Assembly: GCA_015061145.1 (NCBI GenBank)
Contig: SUXD01000004.1
Span: forward strand, 36,931 to 100,930
From: Bacteroidales bacterium
GTDB lineage: Bacteria; Bacteroidota; Bacteroidia; Bacteroidales; Paludibacteraceae
Reading direction: 5' to 3'
DNA length: 64,000 bases
The notes under the pieces: generated by a model
What the model saw: only the letters and a program-made list of their open reading frames with translations
Databases searched by the model: none
What the model was told of the DNA's origin: nothing
In this document: positions 38,735-47,295 of the stretch, piece by piece
Layout: each line of letters opens with the position of its first letter
Position numbering within the stretch: the stretch's first letter is position 1
Made by a program: the position numbers and the translations under genes

Positions 38735-40081
38735 ATGAAAAAACGTTGGATTATTTTAACAGCATTCATATTGCTGTTTGCATTGTTGGGTGTGGTAATA
38801 CCCGAAAATGCATCTTGGAGTACCGAAGGCGAGTCGATAGACTACGCGTCGGTGGCGTGGATGATAACGGCCACCATATTCGTATTGATGATGACGCCGG
38901 GACTTTCGTTCTTCTACGGGGGAATGGTGCGCGCCAAAAATGTCATCTCCACCATGTTGCAAAGTTTCATCGCCATGGGCATCATTAGTGTTATATGGGT
39001 GGTATTCGGCTTCGGCCTGGCATTTGGCGACGACATCGGCGGTTTCATCGGCAATCCGGCCACTTATTTTATGTTTCGTGGCGTAGGGGCACATGTGCCT
39101 GCGGGAGCCGAAAATCTTGCCGCCCTCAACCTGACGATACCGCTTGCGCTCTATGCGCTGTTTCAAATGAAATTCGCCATCATCACGCCTTCGCTCATCA
39201 CCGGTTCGTTTGCCGAGCGGGTACACTTCTCGGCCTATCTGGTGTTTATGTGCTTGTTCTGCGTGTTCGTCTACTGTCCGCTCGCCCACTGGACATGGCA
39301 TCCCGAGGGATTTTTGAACAAACTGTATGTGAAAGACTTTGCTGGCGGCATAGTGGTGCACGCCTCGTCGGGAGTGGCCGCGCTTGTAGGCGCCATCTTT
39401 CTGGGCAAACGCCAGAGCCACGCACCCCACCGCCCTGCCAATGTTCCATTCGTACTGCTCGGCGCCGCTATGCTGTGGCTCGGCTGGTTCGGATTCAACG
39501 GAGGCTCGTCGCTGGGCGCAAATGTGCAAGCCGTGAAAGCTTTTCTTAACACCAATACCGCCTGCGCCACCGCCATGATAGTCTGGGTGCTGTTCGACTG
39601 TCTGCGCGGTCACAAACCATCGGCCATGGGCGCAGCCGTAGGCGCAGTCATCGGACTGGTAGCCATCACACCGTCGGCAGGATGGGTGTCGGTGGGACAA
39701 AGCATCTGCATCGCCGTGCTCACAACCTCTGTATGCTACATTGCCGTACACTGGAAAAACAAGACTTCGGTTGATGACGCTCTTGATGTATTCCCCACCC
39801 ATGGAGTCGGCGGTATATTCGGTACGGTACTGACCGGCATTTTTGTATACGAAACAACGGAAATAACTTATTTCCAAAGTTTTATACATCACATACTGGC
39901 ACTTGTCATCGTTTGCGGGTACACTTTTGTCGTCACTTTCCTACTATATTGGATTACAAACAAAATGATACCTTTCCGCGTATCGGAAGAAAACGAAACG
40001 ATAGGGCTCGACAAAAGTCAGCACGACGAAATTTACGGTATGGGAATGTTTTTCGATGACGAAGCGAAAGACAGCAACTAA
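38735..40081 (+). CDS. Ammonium transporter, second paralogue
   Basis: Amt signatures (FYGGMVRAKN, DFAGGIVVHASSGVAAL, THGVGGIFGTVLTG). Has an N-terminal signal/anchor and no adjacent P-II gene. Confidence 0.9.
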   Translation: MKKRWIILTAFILLFALLGVVIPENASWSTEGESIDYASVAWMITATIFVLMMTPGLSFFYGGMVRAKNVISTMLQSFIAMGIISVIWVVFGFGLAFGDDIGGFIGNPATYFMFRGVGAHVPAGAENLAALNLTIPLALYALFQMKFAIITPSLITGSFAERVHFSAYLVFMCLFCVFVYCPLAHWTWHPEGFLNKLYVKDFAGGIVVHASSGVAALVGAIFLGKRQSHAPHRPANVPFVLLGAAMLWLGWFGFNGGSSLGANVQAVKAFLNTNTACATAMIVWVLFDCLRGHKPSAMGAAVGAVIGLVAITPSAGWVSVGQSICIAVLTTSVCYIAVHWKNKTSVDDALDVFPTHGVGGIFGTVLTGIFVYETTEITYFQSFIHHILALVIVCGYTFVVTFLLYWITNKMIPFRVSEENETIGLDKSQHDEIYGMGMFFDDEAKDSN

Positions 40082-40106
40082 AAAGACCTTCTCGCCTTTC
40101 ATCGTA

Positions 40107-40138
40107 AGAGACTGTCGGACCGACAGTCTCTTTTTTTT
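40107..40138 (+). terminator. Intrinsic terminator after the second amt gene
   Basis: Stem agagactgtcgg / ccgacagtctct with a very short loop, followed by T8. Confidence 0.75.
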
Positions 40139-40204
40139 GAAACAAAGAAATTCTACAGAGAAATTGCGAATATTTTTTTTCTATCCGAAATTTTAATATA
40201 TTTG

Positions 40205-40286
40205 CAAAGAGAAATATGATAAAAAGCCGCTTATGCGATGAGCGGATTTTGAAAGTTCTGGCGACAAGTCAGAATTTTATTTTTTG
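40205..40286 (+). ncRNA. Candidate greA leader transcript (promoter-proximal terminated RNA)
   Basis: -7 box TAtaTTTG at 40197-40204, then hairpin ccgct/agcgg, then stem ttctggc/gtcagaa followed by ttttatttttt. It ends about 60 nt before the greA ATG. Confidence 0.3.
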
Positions 40287-40348
40287 CTGATTTTAAAACA
40301 AGTATATATCAATTTTTTTAATTATAAAATTTTGAAAATAAGACAATT

Positions 40349-40816
40349 ATGGCAACTTACATGACTGAAGAGGGCTACAAGAAAGTGCTGGAAGAACTGC
40401 AATATCTCGAATCGGTGGAACGCCCCCGCATCTCGAAACAGATAGCCGAAGCGCGCGACAAAGGCGACCTTTCTGAAAATGCTGAATACGACGCCGCAAA
40501 AGAGGCGCAAGGCATGCTCGAAATGAAAATTTCGCAAATGAAAGACATGATTGCCAGCGCACGCGTGATAGACGAAAGCAAGCTGAAAACCGACACGGTG
40601 CAACTGCTCAACAAAGTCACTATCAAAAATGTGGCTAACGGGCAGACTATGACCTACACCATCGTTTCGGAAAACGAGGCTAACCTGAAAGAACGCAAAA
40701 TAGCCATCAGCACCCCCATCGCCAAAGGACTGGTGGGCAAAAAAGTGGGCGACAAGGTAGAAATAACCGTTCCTACAGGAAAAATGACATTCGAAATTAT
40801 GGAAATTTCCATTTAA
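40349..40816 (+). CDS. greA: Transcription elongation factor GreA
   Basis: Coiled-coil N-terminus with DLSENAEYDAAKE acidic tip and a C-terminal FKBP-like domain (ISTPIAKGLVGKKVGD). Confidence 0.95.
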   Translation: MATYMTEEGYKKVLEELQYLESVERPRISKQIAEARDKGDLSENAEYDAAKEAQGMLEMKISQMKDMIASARVIDESKLKTDTVQLLNKVTIKNVANGQTMTYTIVSENEANLKERKIAISTPIAKGLVGKKVGDKVEITVPTGKMTFEIMEISI

Positions 40817-40833
40817 GAAAATCACTTGGAAAA

Positions 40834-41226
40834 ATGGCAACAATTTTCACTAAAATAGTAAACGGCGAAATACCATGCTACAAGGTAGCAGAGGATGAGA
40901 AGTTTTTCGCTTTTCTGGACATCAATCCTGTAGCCAAAGGTCATACACTGGTCATCCCGAAAGTAGAAGACGACTACATCTTCCATCTTGACGAAGAAAC
41001 CTACATCGGGCTGCACCTTTTTGCAAAAAAAGTGGCTGCCGCCGTTGAGAAAGCAATCCCCTGCAAACGCATCGGCGAAGTGGTGCTCGGGCTCGAAGTG
41101 CCACACACGCACATCCATCTGATACCCCTCAATCAGGAGTCGGATGTAGATTTCAAGAAACCAAAACTGAAACTCACAGACGAAGAGATGAAGCAAATTG
41201 CAGCAAGCATCGCAAAAAACTTCTAA
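40834..41226 (+). CDS. HIT-family (histidine triad) nucleotide hydrolase
   Basis: CIF-type N-terminus (TIFTKIVNGEIP), INPVAKGHTLVIPK and the histidine triad HTHIHLIP. Confidence 0.9.
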   Translation: MATIFTKIVNGEIPCYKVAEDEKFFAFLDINPVAKGHTLVIPKVEDDYIFHLDEETYIGLHLFAKKVAAAVEKAIPCKRIGEVVLGLEVPHTHIHLIPLNQESDVDFKKPKLKLTDEEMKQIAASIAKNF

Positions 41227-41244
41227 AGAAATATCCATAAACCA

Positions 41245-41272
41245 AATCTCCCTTGCAAGGGAGATTTTTTTT
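41245..41272 (+). terminator. Intrinsic terminator after the HIT gene
   Basis: Stem aatctccctt / aagggagatt with loop gca, followed by T8. Confidence 0.75.
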
Positions 41273-41280
41273 GTCGCAAA

Positions 41281-41574
41281 ATGCCCAAGGAATATATATG
41301 CCCGAGAAATTCAGAAATAAATACAACATATCGTCCACAACCCCCACAACGCCAACCACGATCCATAGCGGGTTTTAAATCGTCAACCAGCAAACAAATT
41401 GATGATTGGATTGATTCAAACAATCTGCCAATGGAAAAATTCAACAAAAACAATCCGTTGTGGCAATCGAATTATCATGACCACATTATTCGAAACGAAA
41501 TAGAATATCAACAGATAACCAATTATATTCTTTGTAATCCTATGAATTGGACGGAAGATACATTAAAAATGTAA
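41281..41574 (+). pseudogene. Remnant of a RayT/IS200-like (Y1/HUH) transposase-family gene
   Basis: The family-typical N-terminus MPEKFRNKYNISS is read from ATG 41298 in one frame and stops at 41378. The family-typical C-terminus (NPLWQSNYHDHIIRNEIEYQQITNYILCNPMNW) is in another frame. The central HUH core is missing. Confidence 0.55.
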
Positions 41575-41644
41575 TTTCACCGACCATTTTTGGTAACATT
41601 ACCAAAATAAAGAAAGAGAACTCATTCGAGCTCTCTTTCTTCAG

Positions 41645-41714
41645 TGATTCAGCTGGGGCTCGAACCCAGGACCCTTCCGTAAAACGGAATGCTCTACCCC
41701 TTTGCAACTGAAGA
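41645..41714 (-). pseudogene. Degenerate tRNA-Lys(UUU)-like copy
   Basis: The T-arm and 3' acceptor strand are identical to the intact tRNA-Lys (31-nt identity, 41644-41674 vs 42008-42038). The anticodon loop still reads UUU. The D-stem and the first two acceptor pairs are mismatched, and there is no CCA. Confidence 0.6.
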
Positions 41715-41959
41715 TACCAACGACTCGATATATTTTCGGCTCTTCTTGCCCTTTATCTCTAACTCACGCTTGTACGCATCTGTACGAAAAGAATATTCCT
41801 CTGTATAACACAAAACCCAAGGAATGCCTACATCTGTATATTTCCCTTTCTTGCGATTATGTTCGCCTAATCTGCGGATTATGTTATCCGTCGAACCTAC
41901 ATAATAGCGGTCCAACTTGGCACTGTATAATATGTAAATGTGTAAACATAGCCTGGCAT
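41694..41959 (-). pseudogene. GIY-YIG nuclease-family gene (about 85 aa), frameshifted by an 8-nt tandem duplication
   Basis: The ORF encodes ...IYILYSAKLDRYYVGSTDNIIRRLGEHN...IPWVLCYTEEY...AYKRELEIKGKKSRKYIESL. The only plausible ATG (41959, MPGYVY) is out of frame. Deleting one unit of tgtaaatg|tgtaaaca (41933-41948) gives MPGYVYILYSAKLDRYYVG. Confidence 0.6.
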
Positions 41960-41974
41960 AGGAGTTTTTTTGCA

Positions 41975-42003
41975 ATAAAAAAAGCGGAAGATTTCTCTTC
42001 CGC
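41975..42003 (-). terminator. Intrinsic terminator after tRNA-Lys
   Basis: On the minus strand: gcggaag-agaaat-cttccgc followed by T7-8, immediately 3' of the tRNA. Confidence 0.7.
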
Positions 42004-42005
42004 TT

Positions 42006-42081
42006 TGGTGATTCAGCTGGGGCTCGAACCCAGGACCCCATCCTTAAAAGGGATGTGCTCTACCAGCTGAGCTACTGAATC
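42006..42081 (-). tRNA. tRNA-Lys (anticodon UUU), CCA encoded
   Basis: Hand-folded cloverleaf: acceptor GATTCAG/CTGAATC, D-arm GCTC-AGCTGGTA-GAGC, anticodon arm CATCC-CTTTTAA-GGATG, variable GGGTC, T-arm CTGGG-TTCGAGC-CCCAG, discriminator A, CCA. 76 nt. Confidence 0.9.
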
Positions 42082-42171
42082 TCCGTAAATGTTCGGCAAA
42101 GGTAATGCCTTTTTTTTAATTCGCAAACTTTTAACCGAAAAAAATGCGAAATCGCCTTATTTTTCCGTTTT

Positions 42172-43635
42172 TTATTTTTTCTGAACAGGTTCACAAGTAA
42201 GTCCCACGCCTAATTTTTGGAATATCTTGCGATCCACTTCGCTCAGCATCACCATGGTATGCACTTGGCAACCGCTGAGCTTCGGCAGCTGCTCGATAGC
42301 TTTCTTGCAGTTGTCGTCTTTGAGGCTGAACATAGCCAACGCCACTAGCACCTCATCGGTATGCAAACGCGGATTGTTGCCATGCAAATACGACACTTTC
42401 ATATTCTGAATCGGCTCTATCATTTCCGCCGGTATGAGTTTCACTTTATGGTCGATGCCTGCCAGATGCTTGATGGCATTCAGAATGAGCGCGGCACTGG
42501 CGCCAAGCAACGAACTTGTCTTGGAGGTGATGATGGTTCCGTCGGCCAATTCGATGGCGGCTGTGTTCACTTTCGTCTTTTCGGCACGCTCGCGGGCAGC
42601 AACTGTCACTTTGCGGTCGGCGGTGGTTATTTTGGCCTGCTGCATCAGCAAAGCTATTTTGTTCACCTCCGACTCCTCGGCTTTGCCCTCCACCAACTTG
42701 TTGTACGAAGCGTAATAGCGGCGGATAATTTCCTGCATGGAAGCCTCGCGGCAAACTTCGTCATCGAAAATACAGAATCCCGCCATATTTACGCCCATAT
42801 CGGTAGGCGACTTGTACGGATTCTCGCCGTAAATGCCTTCGAATATGGCATTCAGCACAGGGAAAATCTCAATGTCACGATTGTAATTGACTGTTGTTTT
42901 TCCGTATGCCTCCAAATGGAACGGGTCTATCATATTCACATCGTTAAGATCGGCTGTAGCAGCTTCGTATGCTATATTCACAGGATGCTTCAACGGCAAA
43001 TTCCAGATAGGGAATGTCTCGAATTTGGCATACCCGGCTTTGATGCCTTTCTTGTTGTCTTGATAAAGTTGGCTGAGACAAACTGCCATCTTGCCGCTGC
43101 CTGGTCCTGGAGCCGTCACCACCACCAGCGGGCGCGATGTCTCCACATAATCGTTCTTGCCGAATCCCTCATCGGAATCGATAAGCTGCACATTGTGCGG
43201 ATACCCCTCGATGGTGTAATGATAGTAGGTTTTGATGTTCAGACGTTTCAAGCGGTTGCGGAAAGCCTTGGCGCTCTCCTGCCCCTTGAAGTGCGTAATG
43301 ACAACAGAACCAACCTTCAGACCGCGGCTTTCGAACTCGTTGCGCAAACGGAGCACATCCATGTCGTAGGTGATGCCGATATCGCTGCGCACTTTGTTTT
43401 TTTCGATGTCCACCGCACTGATGACAATCACAATCTCAGCATAATCGCTCAACTGCATCAGCATCTTCAGCTTGCTGTCGGGGTGAAAACCGGGCAGAAC
43501 ACGGCTGGCATGAAAGTCGTCGAACAGCTTGCCGCCAAACTCCAAATAAAGCTTGTCGCCAAACTGTGCTATACGCTCCTTTATATGTTCCGACTGAATT
43601 TTTATGTATTTGTCGTTGTCAAAACCAAGTTTCAT
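42172..43635 (-). CDS. DUF1846 (UPF0371) family protein
   Basis: 487 aa. The N-terminus MKLGFDNDKYIKIQSEHIKERI...GGKLFDDFHASRVLPGF is characteristic of this family. Confidence 0.8.
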   Translation of the reverse strand: MKLGFDNDKYIKIQSEHIKERIAQFGDKLYLEFGGKLFDDFHASRVLPGFHPDSKLKMLMQLSDYAEIVIVISAVDIEKNKVRSDIGITYDMDVLRLRNEFESRGLKVGSVVITHFKGQESAKAFRNRLKRLNIKTYYHYTIEGYPHNVQLIDSDEGFGKNDYVETSRPLVVVTAPGPGSGKMAVCLSQLYQDNKKGIKAGYAKFETFPIWNLPLKHPVNIAYEAATADLNDVNMIDPFHLEAYGKTTVNYNRDIEIFPVLNAIFEGIYGENPYKSPTDMGVNMAGFCIFDDEVCREASMQEIIRRYYASYNKLVEGKAEESEVNKIALLMQQAKITTADRKVTVAARERAEKTKVNTAAIELADGTIITSKTSSLLGASAALILNAIKHLAGIDHKVKLIPAEMIEPIQNMKVSYLHGNNPRLHTDEVLVALAMFSLKDDNCKKAIEQLPKLSGCQVHTMVMLSEVDRKIFQKLGVGLTCEPVQKK

Positions 43636-43735
43636 CTTTCTGTTTTTTGTATTTTGACAAAGATAGTAATTTTTTTACGGATTGCGGAAGTTATTACACA
43701 TTGTATCAACAAAGGATTTGCACAAAAGTTTCAAA

Positions 43736-43765
43736 TTGAACGAAAAAGACGCGAATTTCGTTCAA
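43736..43765 (-). terminator. Possible terminator after the AAA+ ATPase gene
   Basis: 10-bp stem ttgaacgaaa / tttcgttcaa with a 10-nt loop. On the minus strand it is followed by tttgaaactttt. Confidence 0.4.
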
Positions 43766-43884
43766 TCGTTAACTATTTCTGACCAAAAAACAGCAATAAC
43801 CAAAAGAAAGCGACACCCATAAATGGCATCGCCTTCTCCCCTGAAAATTATGTGAACTATGAAAAAGTTAGTTTTGCAGAAAAT

Positions 43885-45606
43885 CTAAAACCCTATTCGG
43901 GTGTATGAATGATGGCTGAGTTTCTCATTTTTGCACAATTCGAGCACACTTTCCAACGACAGTTTACTTCCGCCAACAATCTCGTTCATGGTCATTTTGC
44001 GAACAATATTCTCTATCTCACCGCCCGAAAACTGATATTTTTCGGCCAAAATGCGATAGTCGTCGTCTGTCAGTCCTGGCAAACGGTCGCGCCAAATGGC
44101 TATCTGCGCTTGCGGTGCCGGACGCTCGAACTTAATTTTGAAAAGAAAACGGCGCTCGAAAGCGGCATCGAGATTGTCCACAAGGTTGGTGGTGGCTATC
44201 AGTATGCCGTCAAGTTTCTCGAGTCCTTCCAATATAATATTTTGGATGGCGTTCTCGGTTTGGGCCACACTCGAAGCATCGGAGTCCTTTCGTTTGCCGA
44301 AGAGTGCGTCGGCCTCGTTGAAGAGCAGGATAGGCGCTTTTTTCTCTACCTTGCACATCTCGGCGTAATCGGTGAAAATACGCTTGATTATTTTCTCGCT
44401 CTCGCCAAACCAGCACGATTTGCTGGCAGCTATGTCAACATGATACACCTTGCGCCCCGTACGACGCGCTATCTGCATCACTGTTTCGGTTTTGCCGGTG
44501 CCAGGTGTGCCGTAGAATATGGCAGCCACCCCTCTTGGCAACGATTTCTGCTCGAGCCGCTTCTGCAAATTTCGGAAATTCGTCTCTAGCAGACTGTTTT
44601 CGAAGAAACTGATCTGACTGTTGAGCTCGCCCTCAAAATAAAGTTGTTTTTGCGGTATTTTCTTGTAGTCCAGCAACTTTTTAGAACTCTGCTTTTTGAA
44701 GAAAAGCTTTACATCATCCTCCATAAATAACTCGCGTCCTTTGTCTGTCAGCACCAATTCCGAATCAGCCAGAAAGTCGGCTCCTACTTTCTCAATCAAA
44801 CCGGCTTTCTGCAAAGCATTTCTGTCAGTCATCAGTTCGCGGGCCACCTTCATGCGACAAGACGAACGGTCGTAAATGTCGTTCAATGTAGATTCTACAT
44901 TTGTATTGCCGTATCGCTGCGACGAAGCTTTCATCGTATCATCACAGATTTCGTAAAACAAAGTGCGGTCTTCGATGCCTATTCTATTGTCAATAAGTTT
45001 TTTAATCATGCTTACTTGCGGATTTTCATCCTCCAATGTCTGCACATCTTCAAACAATATGTCAGTCAAATCGCGGTCTTCAATCATATCCGACACCTTT
45101 GAACAGAAGTCATAACGATCGAGCTGCATCTGATTGCCCAAAGAAATTTGAGGTTTGTTATCCAGAATGCAACGAATGACTTCGTCATAGATATAAAAAA
45201 ATTCTGAGCCACGAATTCGTTTCTTTCCCATGTAATGTTTTTCCTGCAATTCCTTTATTGAACGGATAATAGGAAAAGTGTTCACACCTCTGATACTGAA
45301 AAATCGCTGCAAATCAGAAATGCCTATATTGTTATCGCCATCGCCTACTTGAAGCGAAAAAATAGCGATAAATGCCGCTGCCTGCAACGGCGTACATTGC
45401 ATATATTCCGCCACTTCGAGCAACGCATTTTTTATTATTGCCAATTTTTCCTTTGTAAAACGATTTCTCTTCCCGACTTTTACCGGCTCTTGAGGCGCAT
45501 CAAACTGCTCTGGATCAATCAGATTCAGTATTGTCGTCTCCGACGAATCCATTTCTATTGACAAAATACGAAATGTTTTCAACCAATTTTTCTCCATATT
45601 TTCCAT
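43885..45606 (-). CDS. Classic-clade AAA+ ATPase with an uncharacterised N-terminal region of about 330 aa
   Basis: The C-terminal 230 aa carry Walker A GTPGTGKT, Walker B LLFNEAD, sensor-1 IATTN and the second-region-of-homology Arg (AFERRF). The N-terminal part has no motif I recognise. Confidence 0.8.
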   Translation of the reverse strand: MENMEKNWLKTFRILSIEMDSSETTILNLIDPEQFDAPQEPVKVGKRNRFTKEKLAIIKNALLEVAEYMQCTPLQAAAFIAIFSLQVGDGDNNIGISDLQRFFSIRGVNTFPIIRSIKELQEKHYMGKKRIRGSEFFYIYDEVIRCILDNKPQISLGNQMQLDRYDFCSKVSDMIEDRDLTDILFEDVQTLEDENPQVSMIKKLIDNRIGIEDRTLFYEICDDTMKASSQRYGNTNVESTLNDIYDRSSCRMKVARELMTDRNALQKAGLIEKVGADFLADSELVLTDKGRELFMEDDVKLFFKKQSSKKLLDYKKIPQKQLYFEGELNSQISFFENSLLETNFRNLQKRLEQKSLPRGVAAIFYGTPGTGKTETVMQIARRTGRKVYHVDIAASKSCWFGESEKIIKRIFTDYAEMCKVEKKAPILLFNEADALFGKRKDSDASSVAQTENAIQNIILEGLEKLDGILIATTNLVDNLDAAFERRFLFKIKFERPAPQAQIAIWRDRLPGLTDDDYRILAEKYQFSGGEIENIVRKMTMNEIVGGSKLSLESVLELCKNEKLSHHSYTRIGF

Positions 45607-45666
45607 ATTCCCTCCTTTTTTACAATTACTACTCCAAAAACATCAGGCTGTCTGCACCTTTTAATG

Positions 45667-45701
45667 CAAAGGTAAGACAACATGCTGCCAAATTGCGGCA
45701 G
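45667..45701 (-). promoter_or_regulatory. Promoter/operator of the AAA+ ATPase gene: 17-nt inverted repeat, 10-nt spacer, -7 box
   Basis: Reading the minus strand: CTGCCGCAATTTGGCAG (45701-45685), 10 nt, TACCTTTG (45674-45667). The same layout occurs at 47575-47609. Confidence 0.5.
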
Positions 45702-45731
45702 TAATATGGAAAGATTCAATAAAAAATTTTT

Positions 45732-46253
45732 TCACAATATCTCCCTCGCAATCCAAGCGCAAGCTTCAGCGTCGGCAAGGGCGTGATGATGGTTTTGGAG
45801 GATGTAGCCGCAAGCGGCTGAAACGGTGTGCAGCTGGTGGTTGGGAATCGTGCGGCCGAAATGCCGGCGCGAAGCTATGCAAGTGCACAAAAACGTATAT
45901 TCCGGATAATCCATCTGATAAGACTGAAACACTGCCCGCAGACAACTCTCATCGAAAGCCTTGTTGTGCGCCACAAATGGCACGCCGCTATCGGCAAAAC
46001 AAGGAAAAGTGCGCGACACCTGCGCCATCGCGCGCCGCCACACTTCGGGAAACAGCGGCGCACTATCGGTATCCGCAGCCGACAAACCGTGAACCTCCTG
46101 GCAGAAAATGGCATAATAGTTGGGCGTAGGCTTTATCAAACTATAGAAAGAATCGACAATTTCGCCGCCTTTCACCACTACGATGCCCACACTGCAAACG
46201 CTGGAACGGCGACCGTTGGCCGTCTCAAAATCTATCGCCACAAAATTTTTCAT
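45732..46253 (-). CDS. DEDDh (DnaQ-like) 3'-5' exonuclease
   Basis: ExoI AIDFETAN, ExoII AHNKAFDESCL and ExoIII HHALADAEA. 173 aa. Confidence 0.8.
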   Translation of the reverse strand: MKNFVAIDFETANGRRSSVCSVGIVVVKGGEIVDSFYSLIKPTPNYYAIFCQEVHGLSAADTDSAPLFPEVWRRAMAQVSRTFPCFADSGVPFVAHNKAFDESCLRAVFQSYQMDYPEYTFLCTCIASRRHFGRTIPNHQLHTVSAACGYILQNHHHALADAEACAWIAREIL

Positions 46254-47182
46254 TTACGGTTATTGCTATAGATATTCAACATTTTTTGAACCTCGTTCTT
46301 GAACTCATTGCGAAGCTTTTTGGGCGAAAGGACTTCAACCTGCGAAAGATAGGAAGCCAGCACTTGCTTAAATTCAAAATTAGGCACCAGATTAAACTCC
46401 AACACCGAATATTCCGGCGTTCGTTTTATTAATTTTTGCGACCGATGCAGTGGCAAACTCAGAAAATAATCCACTTGGTCGGCATTTATCTTCACACAAA
46501 TGCGCTCAGGCTTTTTCTGCGAAAGCCCTACACCATAAATATTATCAAAATATTTTTTAGGGTCTACGCTCGAAGGCACGATATAGACTTCCTCTATTTG
46601 CCGCAAGTCTTCTATTCTGTCGAGCGCAAAAATGCGTATATCCTTTTTCTCCTCAACATATCCAAGCATGTACCACCGTTGCTTGAACACTTTAAGGCAA
46701 TAGGGATGAACATGGTATGTATTCGGCTCTTTGCCGAAACTATGGTGCACTATCTCTAACTTCCGTTTGTCGCGCAGACTTTTTATTATTATTGTCAGAT
46801 ATTTTTGTCCGGCAGGTATTTCTTCGAAAAAAATGCTTTGCTGCACATCCTTGTCCCTGCTCTCCATAATCATACTGTTCACCGAAAGAGCATTGAAAAG
46901 CCAACTGTGCAAACCTTTTAAAGCCATATTATCGCCGCCGTTCTCGATGAAATAGGTTCCCTTAGAGCGGTTGCAAGCTATATTGACACCGAAAAGCTCT
47001 TCGGCCGCCACACGCCATCTGTGAAAAGTGCGTTCCGGAAGACTGCCCTCATTTTCTTCGTTCAAAACGCTAGCGCTCCATCTCCGGTCTATCTCCCCGC
47101 GGGTTATCTCGCCCGATGCATTTATCACCTCCACTAACCAGATATAGCAGTTGAACAATGTTGATGCAGATGTTTTTTTCAT
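46250..47182 (-). CDS. WYL-domain transcriptional regulator (wHTH-WYL-WCX architecture)
   Basis: N-terminal wHTH-like region (LFNCYIWLVEVINASGEITRGEI), WYL core (HPYCLKVFKQRWYMLGYVEEKKDIRIFALDRI) and a C-terminal extension. Its stop overlaps the exonuclease start (ATGA). Confidence 0.75.
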   Translation of the reverse strand: MKKTSASTLFNCYIWLVEVINASGEITRGEIDRRWSASVLNEENEGSLPERTFHRWRVAAEELFGVNIACNRSKGTYFIENGGDNMALKGLHSWLFNALSVNSMIMESRDKDVQQSIFFEEIPAGQKYLTIIIKSLRDKRKLEIVHHSFGKEPNTYHVHPYCLKVFKQRWYMLGYVEEKKDIRIFALDRIEDLRQIEEVYIVPSSVDPKKYFDNIYGVGLSQKKPERICVKINADQVDYFLSLPLHRSQKLIKRTPEYSVLEFNLVPNFEFKQVLASYLSQVEVLSPKKLRNEFKNEVQKMLNIYSNNRK

Positions 47183-47295
47183 GATGATGCATTTAAGTTA
47201 AATTGCTAAAGATATTTAATGTCACCAGATTTGCATTCAGAAAATCTATCTGATTCCGAATTTCTTGCGTTGCGTCATTCGGATATTGCAATTTT

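Noticed and set aside
41960-42041. N-terminal extension of ORF 41694..42041 (MGSWVRAPAESPKRKRN...).
   Set aside because: This part is the reverse-strand reading through the tRNA-Lys T-arm and acceptor and its terminator hairpin. The ATG lies inside the tRNA, so it is not coding.
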